Assembly (NCBI GenBank): GCA_963602135.1
Contig: CAVCHM010000005.1
Coordinates: forward strand, 1,953 to 65,952
Source of the DNA: a bacterium
Lineage (GTDB): Bacteria > Actinomycetota > Coriobacteriia > Coriobacteriales > Coriobacteriaceae
Direction of reading: 5' to 3'
Length of the DNA: 64,000 bases
Below, one piece after another: positions 24,486 to 34,024 of the stretch. How positions within the stretch are numbered: the first letter of the stretch is position 1; each line of letters opens with the position of its first letter. The notes under the pieces are model-generated. The model worked only from the letters and a program-made list of their open reading frames with translations. It did no database searches and was not told the DNA's origin. The position numbers and the translations under genes are program-made.

Positions 24486-24529
24486 TTGACATCATATACT
24501 ATGTGTCATATAGTAGGTGTTACACAGTA
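24486..24529 (+). promoter_or_regulatory. SigA-type promoter with overlapping PadR-type inverted repeat
   Basis: TTGACA(24486)-17 nt-TATAGT(24509); TACTAT-N7-ATAGTA at 24497-24515. Confidence 0.75.
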
Positions 24530-24551
24530 TACTACGAAAGGAGGTGTGCGG

Positions 24552-24872
24552 ATGGAGGCACAGATGAAGCGCGGCTTCCTCGAGGCCTGCGTGCTCGCGG
24601 CCGTCTCGGGCGAGGAATCCTACGGCTATCAGATCGTGAAGGACGTGCCCGCGAGTATGGGGCTCACGGAATCCACGCTCTATCCGTTGCTCAAGCGCCT
24701 GGAGAAGGCGGGCTGCATCACCGCGCGCTCCGCCGAGCACAACGGGCGGCTGCGGAGGTACTACCGCATCACGGACGCCGGGCGCGAGCGTATCGCCGAG
24801 TTCCTCGCCGAATGGCCATCCGTGCAGGAGATCTACCGTTACGTGGAGGGGGCGCACCATGACGCGCGATGA
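24552..24872 (+). CDS. PadR family transcriptional regulator
   Basis: MEAQMKRGFLE, ESYGYQI, ESTLYPLLKRLE, RRYYRIT. Confidence 0.93.
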   Translation: MEAQMKRGFLEACVLAAVSGEESYGYQIVKDVPASMGLTESTLYPLLKRLEKAGCITARSAEHNGRLRRYYRITDAGRERIAEFLAEWPSVQEIYRYVEGAHHDAR

Positions 24873-25491
24873 GTTCTTGAACCGGCTGAGCGAGCTTCTG
24901 GCCTGCCTGCCGGCAGATCAGGTAAAGGAAACGCAGGAGTTCTACGCGGAGGCCATCGCCGACCGTATGGAGGACGGCATGACGGAGGCCGAGGCTGTGG
25001 CCGCCATGGGCACGCCCGGTGAGGTCGCCGAGGCAACGCTCGACGAACTGCCCGCCGTGCCGCGCGCGATCGCGAGGACCAAGCGCAAGAGCACGGCACT
25101 TCTATGGGCGCTCGCCATCGTGGGCTCTCCGGTATGGATTCCGCTGCTGCTCGCGTTCGTCGCCGTTGCCACTGCAGTCTACATCTGTATTTGGGTTCTT
25201 GCGCTCTGCGTGTGGATCGTGGCCGCGGCATTCGGGGGCGCGGGCCTGGTAGGGCTCCTGTTCGCCGTGGACGGCATCATTATCGGGCATGTTCCGTACG
25301 TTTTGGCCTCGATGGGAATGGGATTCGCTTCCATCGGTGTGGCGCTCCTCACGGGAGCCGGCGCCTGGACGGCGTCCAAGCAGATTGCGCGCCTCTCTGC
25401 CCTTTGGGCGAAGAAAGCCGTTTCGCCCTTCTGGAAAGATCGAGGCAATAAGAGCCGCATGGGCGCCGAAGCGGCGCCGCTCACGGCATAG
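24859..25491 (+). CDS. DUF1700 family membrane protein
   Basis: MTRDEFLNRL...FYAEAIADRMEDG.TEAEAVAAMGTP, SPVWIPL; overlaps padR. Confidence 0.85.
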   Translation: MTRDEFLNRLSELLACLPADQVKETQEFYAEAIADRMEDGMTEAEAVAAMGTPGEVAEATLDELPAVPRAIARTKRKSTALLWALAIVGSPVWIPLLLAFVAVATAVYICIWVLALCVWIVAAAFGGAGLVGLLFAVDGIIIGHVPYVLASMGMGFASIGVALLTGAGAWTASKQIARLSALWAKKAVSPFWKDRGNKSRMGAEAAPLTA

Positions 25492-25505
25492 GAAGGAGTG
25501 CAAAC

Positions 25506-25769
25506 ATGTCCAGCGTAAAAAGGATTTACCTTGCCGTAGCGGGTGGGCTTGTTGCCACGGGGCTCGTCCTGGCTGCTATCGGATTTGTGGCCTCCGGCTT
25601 TAACCTCGCTGTGCTCAACACGCAGATCGACCTGCGCGATGACACCATCATTCTGGGTGGTGTTGAAATAGACGACCCGACAGGGCTTCCACTCATCGAG
25701 CAGCTTGCCGAGGTCGGCGAGATCCATATTGGATCTGCAACGACTGGTTCGTCTTCTCCTCGCAAATGA
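25506..25769 (+). CDS. Small membrane-anchored protein (possibly a truncated DUF4097-type partner)
   Basis: RBS AGGAG; N-terminal TM; third gene of the PadR-DUF1700 operon. Confidence 0.6.
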   Translation: MSSVKRIYLAVAGGLVATGLVLAAIGFVASGFNLAVLNTQIDLRDDTIILGGVEIDDPTGLPLIEQLAEVGEIHIGSATTGSSSPRK

Positions 25770-25933
25770 TCGAGCTCGTAGCAGCCGTCCCCCCCCCTTC
25801 GGGCGCACCACGACGGGCATGAGCACGCCGCGCTCGGAGCCTTTTTGCGAGACCTTCCGTCACGCTCTTCCTGCGTGGTGAACCGGTCATCGACCGACGA
25901 GAGGCTGATGGGAATCTCTCGACTTCGGGCCAA
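25770..25933 (-). pseudogene. ParB/Spo0J-like partition protein relic
   Basis: ISLSSVDDRFTTQEERD followed out of frame by ERGVLMPVVVRPKG..DGCYEL, the ParB N-terminal motif; internal deletion and frameshifts. Confidence 0.6.
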
Positions 25934-26090
25934 TCCCGCTCACCGATCTGGTCTTCCTTCGTGATGCGCACATAAGCGAGCAGACACCGCGCAGAGCTTC
26001 AGCGCGGCCGCACTTCCACGTCTATGACGGAGGTGCCCGGCGGCGTCTTGGCGATCCCCTTGTTTGCAGGCGTTAGCGCGTGGGGATCGC
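25934..26090 (-). pseudogene. Possible ParA C-terminal relic
   Basis: KTPPGTSVIDVEVRPR*SSARCLLAYVRITKE resembles a ParA C-terminus; in-frame stop; directly upstream of the parB relic. Confidence 0.35.
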
Positions 26091-26110
26091 CCACTCGGGG
26101 GCCGAGGCCG

Positions 26111-26230
26111 CCGAGGACGGCGGCGAACCTCGCGGTGTCATTCGACATCGCGAGGTTCCCGGACCATGACCACCTGGCCTCGTACCGCGGCATAGCCCCA
26201 AGGGTGAGGAGCTTCGGCACGTCGATCAGG
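26111..26230 (+). mobile_element. IS110-family transposase fragment
   Basis: PRTAANLAVSFDIARFPDHDHLASYRGIAPRVRSFGTSIR matches the IS110 C-terminal domain pattern (RF...LASY.GIAP...SG.S). Confidence 0.8.
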
Positions 26231-26281
26231 GCGCCCGCGCAGCGTCGGCCGGTCCGCCGTTCGGCAGAACGGCGGAAGTCC

Positions 26282-26995
26282 CTAGCCGCCCAGATATGCC
26301 TTGCGGACGTTGTCGTCGTGCAGGAGCTCCTGTCCGGTACCGGTCATGGTGATCTTGCCGGTCTCGAGCACGTAGCCGCGCGTGGCGATTGAAAGCGCCA
26401 TCTGGGCGTTCTGCTCGACCAGAAGCACCGTGGTGCCGGCCTTGTGCAGGTCCTCGACAATCTGGAAGATCTGCTCAATCAGAATCGGCGCCAGGCCCAT
26501 GGAAGGCTCGTCGAGCATGAGCAGCTTAGGGTTGCTCATAAGAGCGCGGCCCATAACGAGCATCTGCTGTTCGCCGCCCGAAAGGGTGCCGGCGACCTGG
26601 CGACGGCGCTCCTTAAGGCGCGGGAACTGCTCGTAGACGCGCTCAAGGCCCGGAGCCACCGTGGACTTGGGCTGTGTATAGGCACCCATTTCCAGGTTCT
26701 CCTCGACCGTCATCTGCAAAAAGGCGCGACGGCCCTCGGGCACCTGGGCCAGGCCCTTGCCCACCAGTTTATCGGCAGGCGTATGGGTAATGTCCTCGCC
26801 CATAAACTTGATGGAGCCGGTCTTGGAACGCAGCAGGCCTGAGACGGTTTTAAGCGTCGTGGACTTACCGGCGCCGTTCGCGCCGATCAGGGCCACGATC
26901 TCGCCCTCGTTGACGTTAAAGGAGATGTCCTTGATGGCGTGAATAGCGCCGTACCAGACATTGATGTTGTAGACGGAAAGCATCGGCTCTGCCAT
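26282..26995 (-). CDS. livF: Branched-chain amino acid ABC transporter ATPase
   Basis: GANGAGKS, VPEGRR, LSGGEQQM, LDEPSMGLAP. Confidence 0.95.
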   Translation of the reverse strand: MAEPMLSVYNINVWYGAIHAIKDISFNVNEGEIVALIGANGAGKSTTLKTVSGLLRSKTGSIKFMGEDITHTPADKLVGKGLAQVPEGRRAFLQMTVEENLEMGAYTQPKSTVAPGLERVYEQFPRLKERRRQVAGTLSGGEQQMLVMGRALMSNPKLLMLDEPSMGLAPILIEQIFQIVEDLHKAGTTVLLVEQNAQMALSIATRGYVLETGKITMTGTGQELLHDDNVRKAYLGG

Positions 26996-27856
26996 TTAGT
27001 TCTCCCCCTTATCCTGCTTGCCCAGATATGCCTCGATAACGGCATCGTTGTTCTGGATCTCCTCGGCCGTACCCTTGGCAATGACCTTGCCAAAATTAAG
27101 CACGCAGATGCCCTCGCAGATGTTCATAACGAGCGACATATCATGCTCGATAAGCATGATGGCGATGCCGAAGGTGTCGCGGATCTTGACGATGTTCTCC
27201 ATGAGCTCCGCGGTCTCGGACGGGTTCATGCCGGCGGCAGGCTCGTCGAGCAGCAGTAGCTTTGGGTTGGTGGCAAGTGCGCGGACGATCTCCAGACGAC
27301 GCTGGGCGCCGTAAGGCAGCGAGCCGGCCTGCTCATTTGCCAGGTGCTCCATGTCAAAAATGGACAGCAGCTCCATGGCGCGCTCGTGGGCGGCCTTCTC
27401 GTGCTTCCAATACGTCGGCAGGCGCAGCACGCCCTCAAAGCCGGAGTAGCGCTCCTGGTTGTGCAGGCCGACCTTGACGTTATCCTCCACCGTCATGGTG
27501 TTGAACAGGCGAATGTTCTGGAACGTACGGGCAATACCCATGCGGTTGACCTGGTAGACCGACTTGCCCGAGGTGTCCTCACCGTCGAGCAGGATGGTGC
27601 CGTGCGTGGGCTGATACACCTTGGTGAGCAGGTTGAAGACCGTGGTCTTGCCGGCACCGTTGGGGCCGATGAGACCGGCGATCTCTGTCTTGCCGATGGT
27701 CAGGCTAAAGTCGTCGACTGCCTTAAGGCCGCCGAATTCAATGCCCAGGTGGATGCACTCGAGCGCCGGGCGCTCGCCCAGGTCGCGGTCGGGAACGATG
27801 GCGCCAGAAGGATACGGGACCATCTTGCCCTTGTTGAACTCAAATTTACTGGGCAT
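26996..27856 (-). CDS. livG: Branched-chain amino acid ABC transporter ATPase
   Basis: GPNGAGKT, RTFQNIRLF, LPYGAQRRLEI, DEPAAGMN. Confidence 0.95.
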   Translation of the reverse strand: MPSKFEFNKGKMVPYPSGAIVPDRDLGERPALECIHLGIEFGGLKAVDDFSLTIGKTEIAGLIGPNGAGKTTVFNLLTKVYQPTHGTILLDGEDTSGKSVYQVNRMGIARTFQNIRLFNTMTVEDNVKVGLHNQERYSGFEGVLRLPTYWKHEKAAHERAMELLSIFDMEHLANEQAGSLPYGAQRRLEIVRALATNPKLLLLDEPAAGMNPSETAELMENIVKIRDTFGIAIMLIEHDMSLVMNICEGICVLNFGKVIAKGTAEEIQNNDAVIEAYLGKQDKGEN

Positions 27857-28934
27857 CGGCTGCCACCTCCTTCTTGGAAGCAAAGCGGTCCTTGACGCGA
27901 CCGAAGAATGCCTTGAGCTGCGGGTTGTTGGTAAAGATCATGACCAGGATCAGCACGATGGCGTAGATGAGCATGCGGTAGTCCGAGAACTGACGGAGCA
28001 GCTCGGGAAGCACCGTAAGCAACGCCGCCGCGATGACGGAGCCGCGCATGTTGCCCAGACCGCCCAGGACCACGAACACCAGAATGAGGATGGACGTGTT
28101 GAAGTCGAACTTGGTGGCGGAGAGCTGCGAGAAGTTACCGCCGAAGAGGGCTCCGGCAGCGCCGGCGAGGGCAGCGGAAACCACGAAGGCGATCATGCGG
28201 TACTGGGTGACGGAGATACCCACGGACTCGGCAGCGATCTTGTTGTCACGCACGGCCATAATGGCACGGCCGGTACGGCTGCGAACCAGGTTGAGCACGA
28301 TCACGAGTGCGACCATGACCAGGATGGCACCGGCGAGGAAGGTCGAGTACGTCGACACGCCCGAGGCGCCCTGGGCGCCCTTGATGATGGCGGTGCCGTC
28401 CTCGAGCAGGTGCAGGTCGTCGATCGTGGAGTTACCCGTGATGTTAAAGATCACATGCAGGCCGCGGGAGTCGACGCCCACAATGAGGCAGGTGACGATC
28501 TCTTTGATGATCTCGCCAAAAGCCAGGGTCACGATGGCCAGATAGTCGCCGCTCAGGCGCAGGACCGGGATACCGATCAAGAAGCCCAAGATGGCAGCGG
28601 CGATAGCGCCGACCACGATGCTGATGATCAGGCGCACCGGATCGGAGGGAACGGCGCTCTCGAGGGCGACCGCGGTGACGATGCCCGTGTAGGCACCGAC
28701 ACTCATAAAGCCCGCATGGCCCAGCGACAGGTCGCCCGCGATACCGACGACGAGGTTGAGGGAGATGGCCATGACGATGTAGGCCGTAATGGGAACCAAC
28801 TGACCGGCGATCATGCGCGGGATCATATGGTTGGACTGCATAAAGAACACGATGGCGAATGCCACGATGCACATGGCGTACGTGACAAAGTCGTGACGCG
28901 TCTGCTTGTCTTTAAGAAACTTCATAACGCTCAC
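27846..28934 (-). CDS. livM: Branched-chain amino acid ABC transporter permease
   Basis: LSLGHAGF, LRLSGDYLAIVTLAFGEI, VVLGGLG. Confidence 0.94.
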   Translation of the reverse strand: MSVMKFLKDKQTRHDFVTYAMCIVAFAIVFFMQSNHMIPRMIAGQLVPITAYIVMAISLNLVVGIAGDLSLGHAGFMSVGAYTGIVTAVALESAVPSDPVRLIISIVVGAIAAAILGFLIGIPVLRLSGDYLAIVTLAFGEIIKEIVTCLIVGVDSRGLHVIFNITGNSTIDDLHLLEDGTAIIKGAQGASGVSTYSTFLAGAILVMVALVIVLNLVRSRTGRAIMAVRDNKIAAESVGISVTQYRMIAFVVSAALAGAAGALFGGNFSQLSATKFDFNTSILILVFVVLGGLGNMRGSVIAAALLTVLPELLRQFSDYRMLIYAIVLILVMIFTNNPQLKAFFGRVKDRFASKKEVAADAQ

Positions 28935-29816
28935 CTACACCTTCTCGGGGACGTACTTGCCCAAGAGGCCGGCAGGCTTGACGAGCAGGACGATGATCAA
29001 AACACCAAAGACGATGGAGTTGGCAAGGCTCGTGGAAATGTAGGCCTGCGCCATCGCCTCGATGATGCCGATGAGAATGCCGCCGACAAAGGCGCCGGGG
29101 ATGGAGCCGATGCCACCGAAGACGGCGGCGTCGAAGGCCTTGATGCCAGGCATGGCGCCCGTCGTGGGCTGCAGCACCGGCGAGTAGGAGCACAGGAGCA
29201 CGCCGGCGATGGCGGCAAGCGCAGAGCCGATGGCAAACGTCATCGAGATGGTGCGGTTGACGTTGATGCCCATGAGCTGAGCGGCGGCCTTGTCCTCGGA
29301 CACGGCGCGCATGGCTTTGCCCATCTTGGTCTTACCTGTAAAGAACATCAGGCCGGCCATGATAACCAGGCAGGCGACGATGGTGACGAGCGAGACGGCA
29401 CTTACGTTGAACTTGGCCAAGAACTCCGGCACCTGGAAGGTGACGAGCGAAGTGAAGTTCTTGGGCGTGGCGCCCCACAGAAGCTGCGCGGCGTTCTGCA
29501 GGAAGTAGGACACGCCGATAGCCGTGATGAGAACGGCCAGCGGGCCTGCCTGGCGCAGCGGCTTATAGGCCAGGCCCTCGATGAGAACACCGAGAACGGT
29601 ACAGACCACACAAGAGAGAACTACAGATGCCCAGCCCGGGAGGCCGAGATACGACGTGGCGCAGAACGAGATATAGGCACCGACCATGATAACGTCGCCG
29701 TGAGCGAAGTTCAGCATCTTGGCGATACCGTAGACCATGGTGTAGCCCAACGCGATGATGGCGTAGACGCTGCCCATGGACAGGCCGTTGACCAGGTATT
29801 GGATAAAGACCGTCAT
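28935..29816 (-). CDS. livH: Branched-chain amino acid ABC transporter permease
   Basis: YAIIALGYTMVYG, NFAHGD, GKAMRAVSED, GGIGSIPGA. Confidence 0.95.
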   Translation of the reverse strand: MTVFIQYLVNGLSMGSVYAIIALGYTMVYGIAKMLNFAHGDVIMVGAYISFCATSYLGLPGWASVVLSCVVCTVLGVLIEGLAYKPLRQAGPLAVLITAIGVSYFLQNAAQLLWGATPKNFTSLVTFQVPEFLAKFNVSAVSLVTIVACLVIMAGLMFFTGKTKMGKAMRAVSEDKAAAQLMGINVNRTISMTFAIGSALAAIAGVLLCSYSPVLQPTTGAMPGIKAFDAAVFGGIGSIPGAFVGGILIGIIEAMAQAYISTSLANSIVFGVLIIVLLVKPAGLLGKYVPEKV

Positions 29817-29955
29817 GTTCCACATCCCCCTTTCGAATAGGTTTCCAGTTGATGTATGAAACAGGGACGTTACATCGTCCCTAGATACCAAGCAAGCAGG
29901 GAAGGCCAAAACCTCCCCTGCTTGGGATCAAAACCGCTCTATGTAAGGCGGCCAA

Positions 29956-31143
29956 TTAGGCCTGTACGTACTTGCCGTCGGTGATGACGTACGCCGTGGG
30001 CTCCTTCTGGACCTGGCCCTTATCGTTCCAGGTAAGCTTGCCGGTCAGACCGTCAACGGTAATCTTGAGCATAGCCTTGGACAGCTTCTCGGCGACCTCG
30101 GTCGGATCGGCGTCGACACCAAGACCGGCCTCCTTGACGGCCTCGGCCACCGCGTGCACGCCGTCGTAGGCGTCGGCGGCAAACTGGTCGGGGGTATCGC
30201 CGTACTTATCCTTGTAGGCGTTGACGAAGTCGGCGTTCTTCTCGTCGTCGGCGGAGAACGGGGTCATGAGCAGCAGACCCTCGGCAAGAGAGGTATCGAA
30301 GCCCTCAACGCCCAGGATGCCGTCCATGCCGTCGCAGCCCATCATCTTGACGTCATAGCCCATGTCCTTGGCGTTCTTGAGCAGGACGGACGCCGGCGTG
30401 TAGTAGATCGGCGCAAAGATCATGGTGGCGCCGGCCTGTTTGGCCTTGGTCAGCTGGTTGGTAAAGCTCGTGGCGGAGTCGTCCTTAAAGGTCTCCTCGT
30501 CAACAATCTCGAGCTTGGACTCAGCGGCCTGGGCCTTAAAGGAATCTGCGATGCCCGAAGAATAAGCGTCGCCGGAGTTATAGAACAGCACGAACTTCTC
30601 GTCCGCATATTTCTCTGCCAGGAACTTGGCAGCGTTGACGCCCTGGTTGGGATCGGTAAAGCAAACCTGGAAGACGCAATCCTTGCCGTCGGTGACGTCC
30701 TCGGAGGACGCGGACGGGGTGATCATGAACGTCTTGGGGTCGTTACCGCACTCTGCGGCAACGGCAACCGACGCACCCGTGGTGGTCGGACCGACGAGGG
30801 CCTGCATGCCCCAGTCGAGCAGGGTGTTGAAGGCGTTGACGGCCTTCTCGCCATCGGCCTGGTCATCCTCGGCCTTGCTGGCAAGCGGCAGCTCCTTGGT
30901 CGAGAAATCCTTGCAGCCGAGCTCGACACCCTGGGTAACGGACTTGCCGTAGGATGCGTTGGCGCCGGTCAGCGGGCCGATGGTGCCGATCTTAAACGAA
31001 GCGTCGCTCGAAGCGGAACCGCTGTCGCCGCCGTTGGAGGAGCAGCCAGCTAGAATGGACATCGCCCCCAGACCTGCTGCGCTCGCGATAACGCTCCTGC
31101 GATTCATAACAGGGTTCAATGACTTACCGGTGAGGCTCGACAT
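29956..31143 (-). CDS. livK: Branched-chain amino acid ABC transporter substrate-binding lipoprotein
   Basis: Lipobox LAGC, IGPLTG, CFTDP.QG, FAADAYD; first gene of the liv operon. Confidence 0.9.
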   Translation of the reverse strand: MSSLTGKSLNPVMNRRSVIASAAGLGAMSILAGCSSNGGDSGSASSDASFKIGTIGPLTGANASYGKSVTQGVELGCKDFSTKELPLASKAEDDQADGEKAVNAFNTLLDWGMQALVGPTTTGASVAVAAECGNDPKTFMITPSASSEDVTDGKDCVFQVCFTDPNQGVNAAKFLAEKYADEKFVLFYNSGDAYSSGIADSFKAQAAESKLEIVDEETFKDDSATSFTNQLTKAKQAGATMIFAPIYYTPASVLLKNAKDMGYDVKMMGCDGMDGILGVEGFDTSLAEGLLLMTPFSADDEKNADFVNAYKDKYGDTPDQFAADAYDGVHAVAEAVKEAGLGVDADPTEVAEKLSKAMLKITVDGLTGKLTWNDKGQVQKEPTAYVITDGKYVQA

Positions 31144-31414
31144 GCGGCTCTCCTCTCAAATCTCGTCGGGTTTCAGTTACCCGACAGGCCATCCTTCGCC
31201 GTGTTCGGCGTTCGCAAAATAGTAGACGCTTTAGTTGAGAAAAGTGGCGATTATTTCAACTTTTCTTTTGTTTTGTCCATTTATCCATATTCATGCGTAT
31301 TTCTGTCGGTTTATGCAGTTTAGCCACTTTATTGTGTGAAAGTATTGTTTCCGTTCTGTTACAAGCGTCCCTGCCCTGATTAAAACAGCTTCACCGTTCG
31401 CGTTTTGTGCACAC

Positions 31415-31459
31415 CTAGGCGGCGATGTACTTGCCGTCCTGAATCACATAGGCTGTAGG
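31415..31459 (-). pseudogene. 3' relic of a deleted livK paralog
   Basis: Encodes PTAYVIQDGKYIAA* vs the livK C-terminus PTAYVITDGKYVQA*; no in-frame ATG. Confidence 0.8.
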
Positions 31460-31619
31460 TCGTATGTAGTGAGCATGTTTCCAAAGTTTCCGCAGCGTTT
31501 CGGGGGTGCCGTTTTGTGCGACTCCTGTTGCCTTGCGAGCACGCGCCCTCGGTTCACGCTAGAATGCACTCAACCTTTAAGCGGTTAATCCATCCATAAG
31601 ATGCACGAAGGAGCTATCT

Positions 31620-32963
31620 ATGAGCGAACCCCTGCGCACCGTGAACGTCGGTCTGATTGGTCTGGGAACCGTCGGCGGCGGCGTGGCCCGTCTGATCAAG
31701 AGCCACCACGATGAGTACCTTGCAGCCTACGGCATCGACCTTAAGCTGACCCGCGCCTGCGCGCTTGCTTGGGAGCAGGCCGAGGCGGCAGGCATTGAGC
31801 GCGAGGCCTTTACGAGTGACTGGCACGACGTCGTCACCGACCCCGCCGTCGATATCGTCGTCGAGCTCATCGGCGGCGAGCACCCCGCGACCGAGATCTT
31901 CACCACCGCCTTCGAGAACGGCAAGCACGTCGTCTCTGCCAACAAGGCCCTGCTGGGCCGTCATGTCGAGACGCTCGCCGAGAAGGCGCGCGCGTGCGGC
32001 GTGCAGATTAAGTGCGAGGCCAGCTGCGGCGGCGGCATCCCCATCGTGAGCACGCTCGAGCACGACCTGGTGGGCAACAAGATCCTGACCATCGCCGGCA
32101 TCCTCAACGGTACCACCAACTATATCCTGTCGCGCATGGACGCCGAGGGCGCCGATTACACCGACGTGCTTGCCGACGCGCAGGCCAAGGGCTATGCCGA
32201 GGCCGACCCGTCCGCCGACGTCGACGGCTTCGACGCCGCCAGCAAGACGGCAATTCTCGCCTCCATCGGCTTTGGCACCCGCGTTACCACCGACGATGTG
32301 TACCAGCAGGGCATCCGTACCATCGGCGCCGAGGACATCGCCCAGGCCCGCGAGCTCGGCTACACCATTAAGCTGCTCGGCATCGCCCGCAACACCGACG
32401 CCGGCGTCGACGTCCGCGTGCATCCCACGCTGATTCCCGCCGACCACATGCTCGCCAAGGTCAACGGCGCCATGAACGCCGTCTACGTGGTAGGCGACGC
32501 CGTGGGCGAGACCATGTTCTACGGTGCCGGCGCAGGCTCCTTCCCCACCGCGAGCGCCGTCGTGGGCGATATCCTGTCGCTCTCCGAGCAGATCAGCCGC
32601 GGCGTGGCTCCGCTGCCCGAGATTGAGCCCTATGGTCACAACCTCGCCTTTAAGCCCATGGACGAGCTCCAGACTAAGTACTATGTGCGCCTGAAGGTCG
32701 CCGACCGCGTGGGCGCCCTGTCCGAGACGGTCGATATCTTTGCCAAGCACAACATCTCGATCTCGCTCATCAACCAGGTCGAGGACGGCAAGTCGGGCGT
32801 CAACGATGCCTGTTCGGTCATCTTCCTGACGCACTGCGCGCTCGAGAAGGACGTCCAGGCTGCCGCCGCCGAGCTTGCCAGCGTCGACTGCGTGGCCGAG
32901 GTCGCCAACGTCCTGCGTATCGAGGACGTCGAGGCCTGGACCGAAGGCGTCATGGCGAACTAG
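31620..32963 (+). CDS. hom: Homoserine dehydrogenase (with C-terminal ACT domain)
   Basis: GLGTVG, VVSANK, GILNGTTNYIL, GYAEADP..DVDG.D, GAGAG..PTASAV. Confidence 0.97.
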   Translation: MSEPLRTVNVGLIGLGTVGGGVARLIKSHHDEYLAAYGIDLKLTRACALAWEQAEAAGIEREAFTSDWHDVVTDPAVDIVVELIGGEHPATEIFTTAFENGKHVVSANKALLGRHVETLAEKARACGVQIKCEASCGGGIPIVSTLEHDLVGNKILTIAGILNGTTNYILSRMDAEGADYTDVLADAQAKGYAEADPSADVDGFDAASKTAILASIGFGTRVTTDDVYQQGIRTIGAEDIAQARELGYTIKLLGIARNTDAGVDVRVHPTLIPADHMLAKVNGAMNAVYVVGDAVGETMFYGAGAGSFPTASAVVGDILSLSEQISRGVAPLPEIEPYGHNLAFKPMDELQTKYYVRLKVADRVGALSETVDIFAKHNISISLINQVEDGKSGVNDACSVIFLTHCALEKDVQAAAAELASVDCVAEVANVLRIEDVEAWTEGVMAN

Positions 32964-32993
32964 TCCATCAATCGCCTAGCAATACGCGCTTTG

Positions 32994-33028
32994 AGGGCTC
33001 CCGTCCGATGTGGGACGGGAGCCCTTTT
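32994..33028 (+). terminator. Terminator after hom
   Basis: AGGGCTCCCGTCC/GGACGGGAGCCCT hairpin plus T-run. Confidence 0.85.
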
Positions 33029-33177
33029 GTCTCCTGCCCTAAGCACAACGGCAGAGCACATTTGCGCGAGCCGCTCATCGGTAACGCGGGCTACCGTTCA
33101 CCGATATGCAAACGCGGCCGATTCCGGCTACCGCTACGCTGTGCTGCGTACGTCCACCCCCGAAGAATGGAGGCACC

Positions 33178-33927
33178 ATGTTGCTCGAGGGCAAGAAAGC
33201 AATCGTCACCGGAGGCACGCGCGGTATCGGCTATGCCATCGCCTGCCGTTTTATCGAGGAGGGTGCCGCCGTCACCGTCTTTGGCTCGCGCCAGGAGACT
33301 GCCGATGCAGCCGTTGAGAAGCTGACAGCTGTCTATCCCGACGCCAAGGTCTGGGGCCGTTCCTGCGACCTCACCTCGCTCGAGGCCGTGACCGAGGCCT
33401 TTACCCAGGCTGCAGCCGACATGGGCGGTCTCGATACGGTCGTCAACAACGCCGGCATCTCCCAGCGCTCGCCCCTTTTGGACTACACGGCCGAGGAGTT
33501 CGCAAAGGTCATGGACCTCAACGTCGTCGCCGTCTTTAACGGCCACCAGGCTGCCGCCAAGATCATGACCGAGGCCGGCCACGGCGGCACCATCACCACC
33601 ACGAGCTCGATGGTCGCCAAGTACGGTCAGCCCTCTGGCGTCGGCTACCCCACGTCCAAGTTTGCCGTCAACGGCATGGTCCAGTCGCTCTCGCGCGAGC
33701 TCGCCCCCATGGGTATTCGCGTCAACGCCGTCGCCCCAGGCGTAACCAAGACCGATATGGTCGCCAACCTGCCCGAAGAGGTCATCAAGCCCATCATCGC
33801 CACCATTCCGCTGGGTCGCATGGGCGAGCCCGAGGACATCGCCAACGCCTTCGTTTTCCTAGCGAGCGACATGTCATCCTATGTCACGGGCGCCGTGCTC
33901 CCCGTCGACGGAGCCGCCCGCTCCTAA
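33178..33927 (+). CDS. Short-chain dehydrogenase/reductase, BaiA-like (candidate hydroxysteroid dehydrogenase)
   Basis: TGGTRGIG, NNAG, catalytic YPTSK within SGVGYPTSK. Confidence 0.85.
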   Translation: MLLEGKKAIVTGGTRGIGYAIACRFIEEGAAVTVFGSRQETADAAVEKLTAVYPDAKVWGRSCDLTSLEAVTEAFTQAAADMGGLDTVVNNAGISQRSPLLDYTAEEFAKVMDLNVVAVFNGHQAAAKIMTEAGHGGTITTTSSMVAKYGQPSGVGYPTSKFAVNGMVQSLSRELAPMGIRVNAVAPGVTKTDMVANLPEEVIKPIIATIPLGRMGEPEDIANAFVFLASDMSSYVTGAVLPVDGAARS

Positions 33928-33969
33928 AGGTCGCAAGCCACGACTTCGAACCTCAACGGAGCTCAACGC

Positions 33970-34015
33970 AAAAAGCGCGCTGCCTGCATCAACCGCAGGC
34001 AGCGCGCCTTCTTTT
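33970..34015. terminator. Terminator after the SDR gene
   Basis: GCGCGCTGCCTGC/GCAGGCAGCGCGC hairpin with flanking A/T runs. Confidence 0.8.
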
Positions 34016-34024
34016 GTTTGAAGT

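Noticed and set aside
26024..26392. Functional IS110/bridge-recombinase element
   Set aside because: Only about 40 codons remain, with no RuvC-like DEDD domain and no recognisable non-coding end
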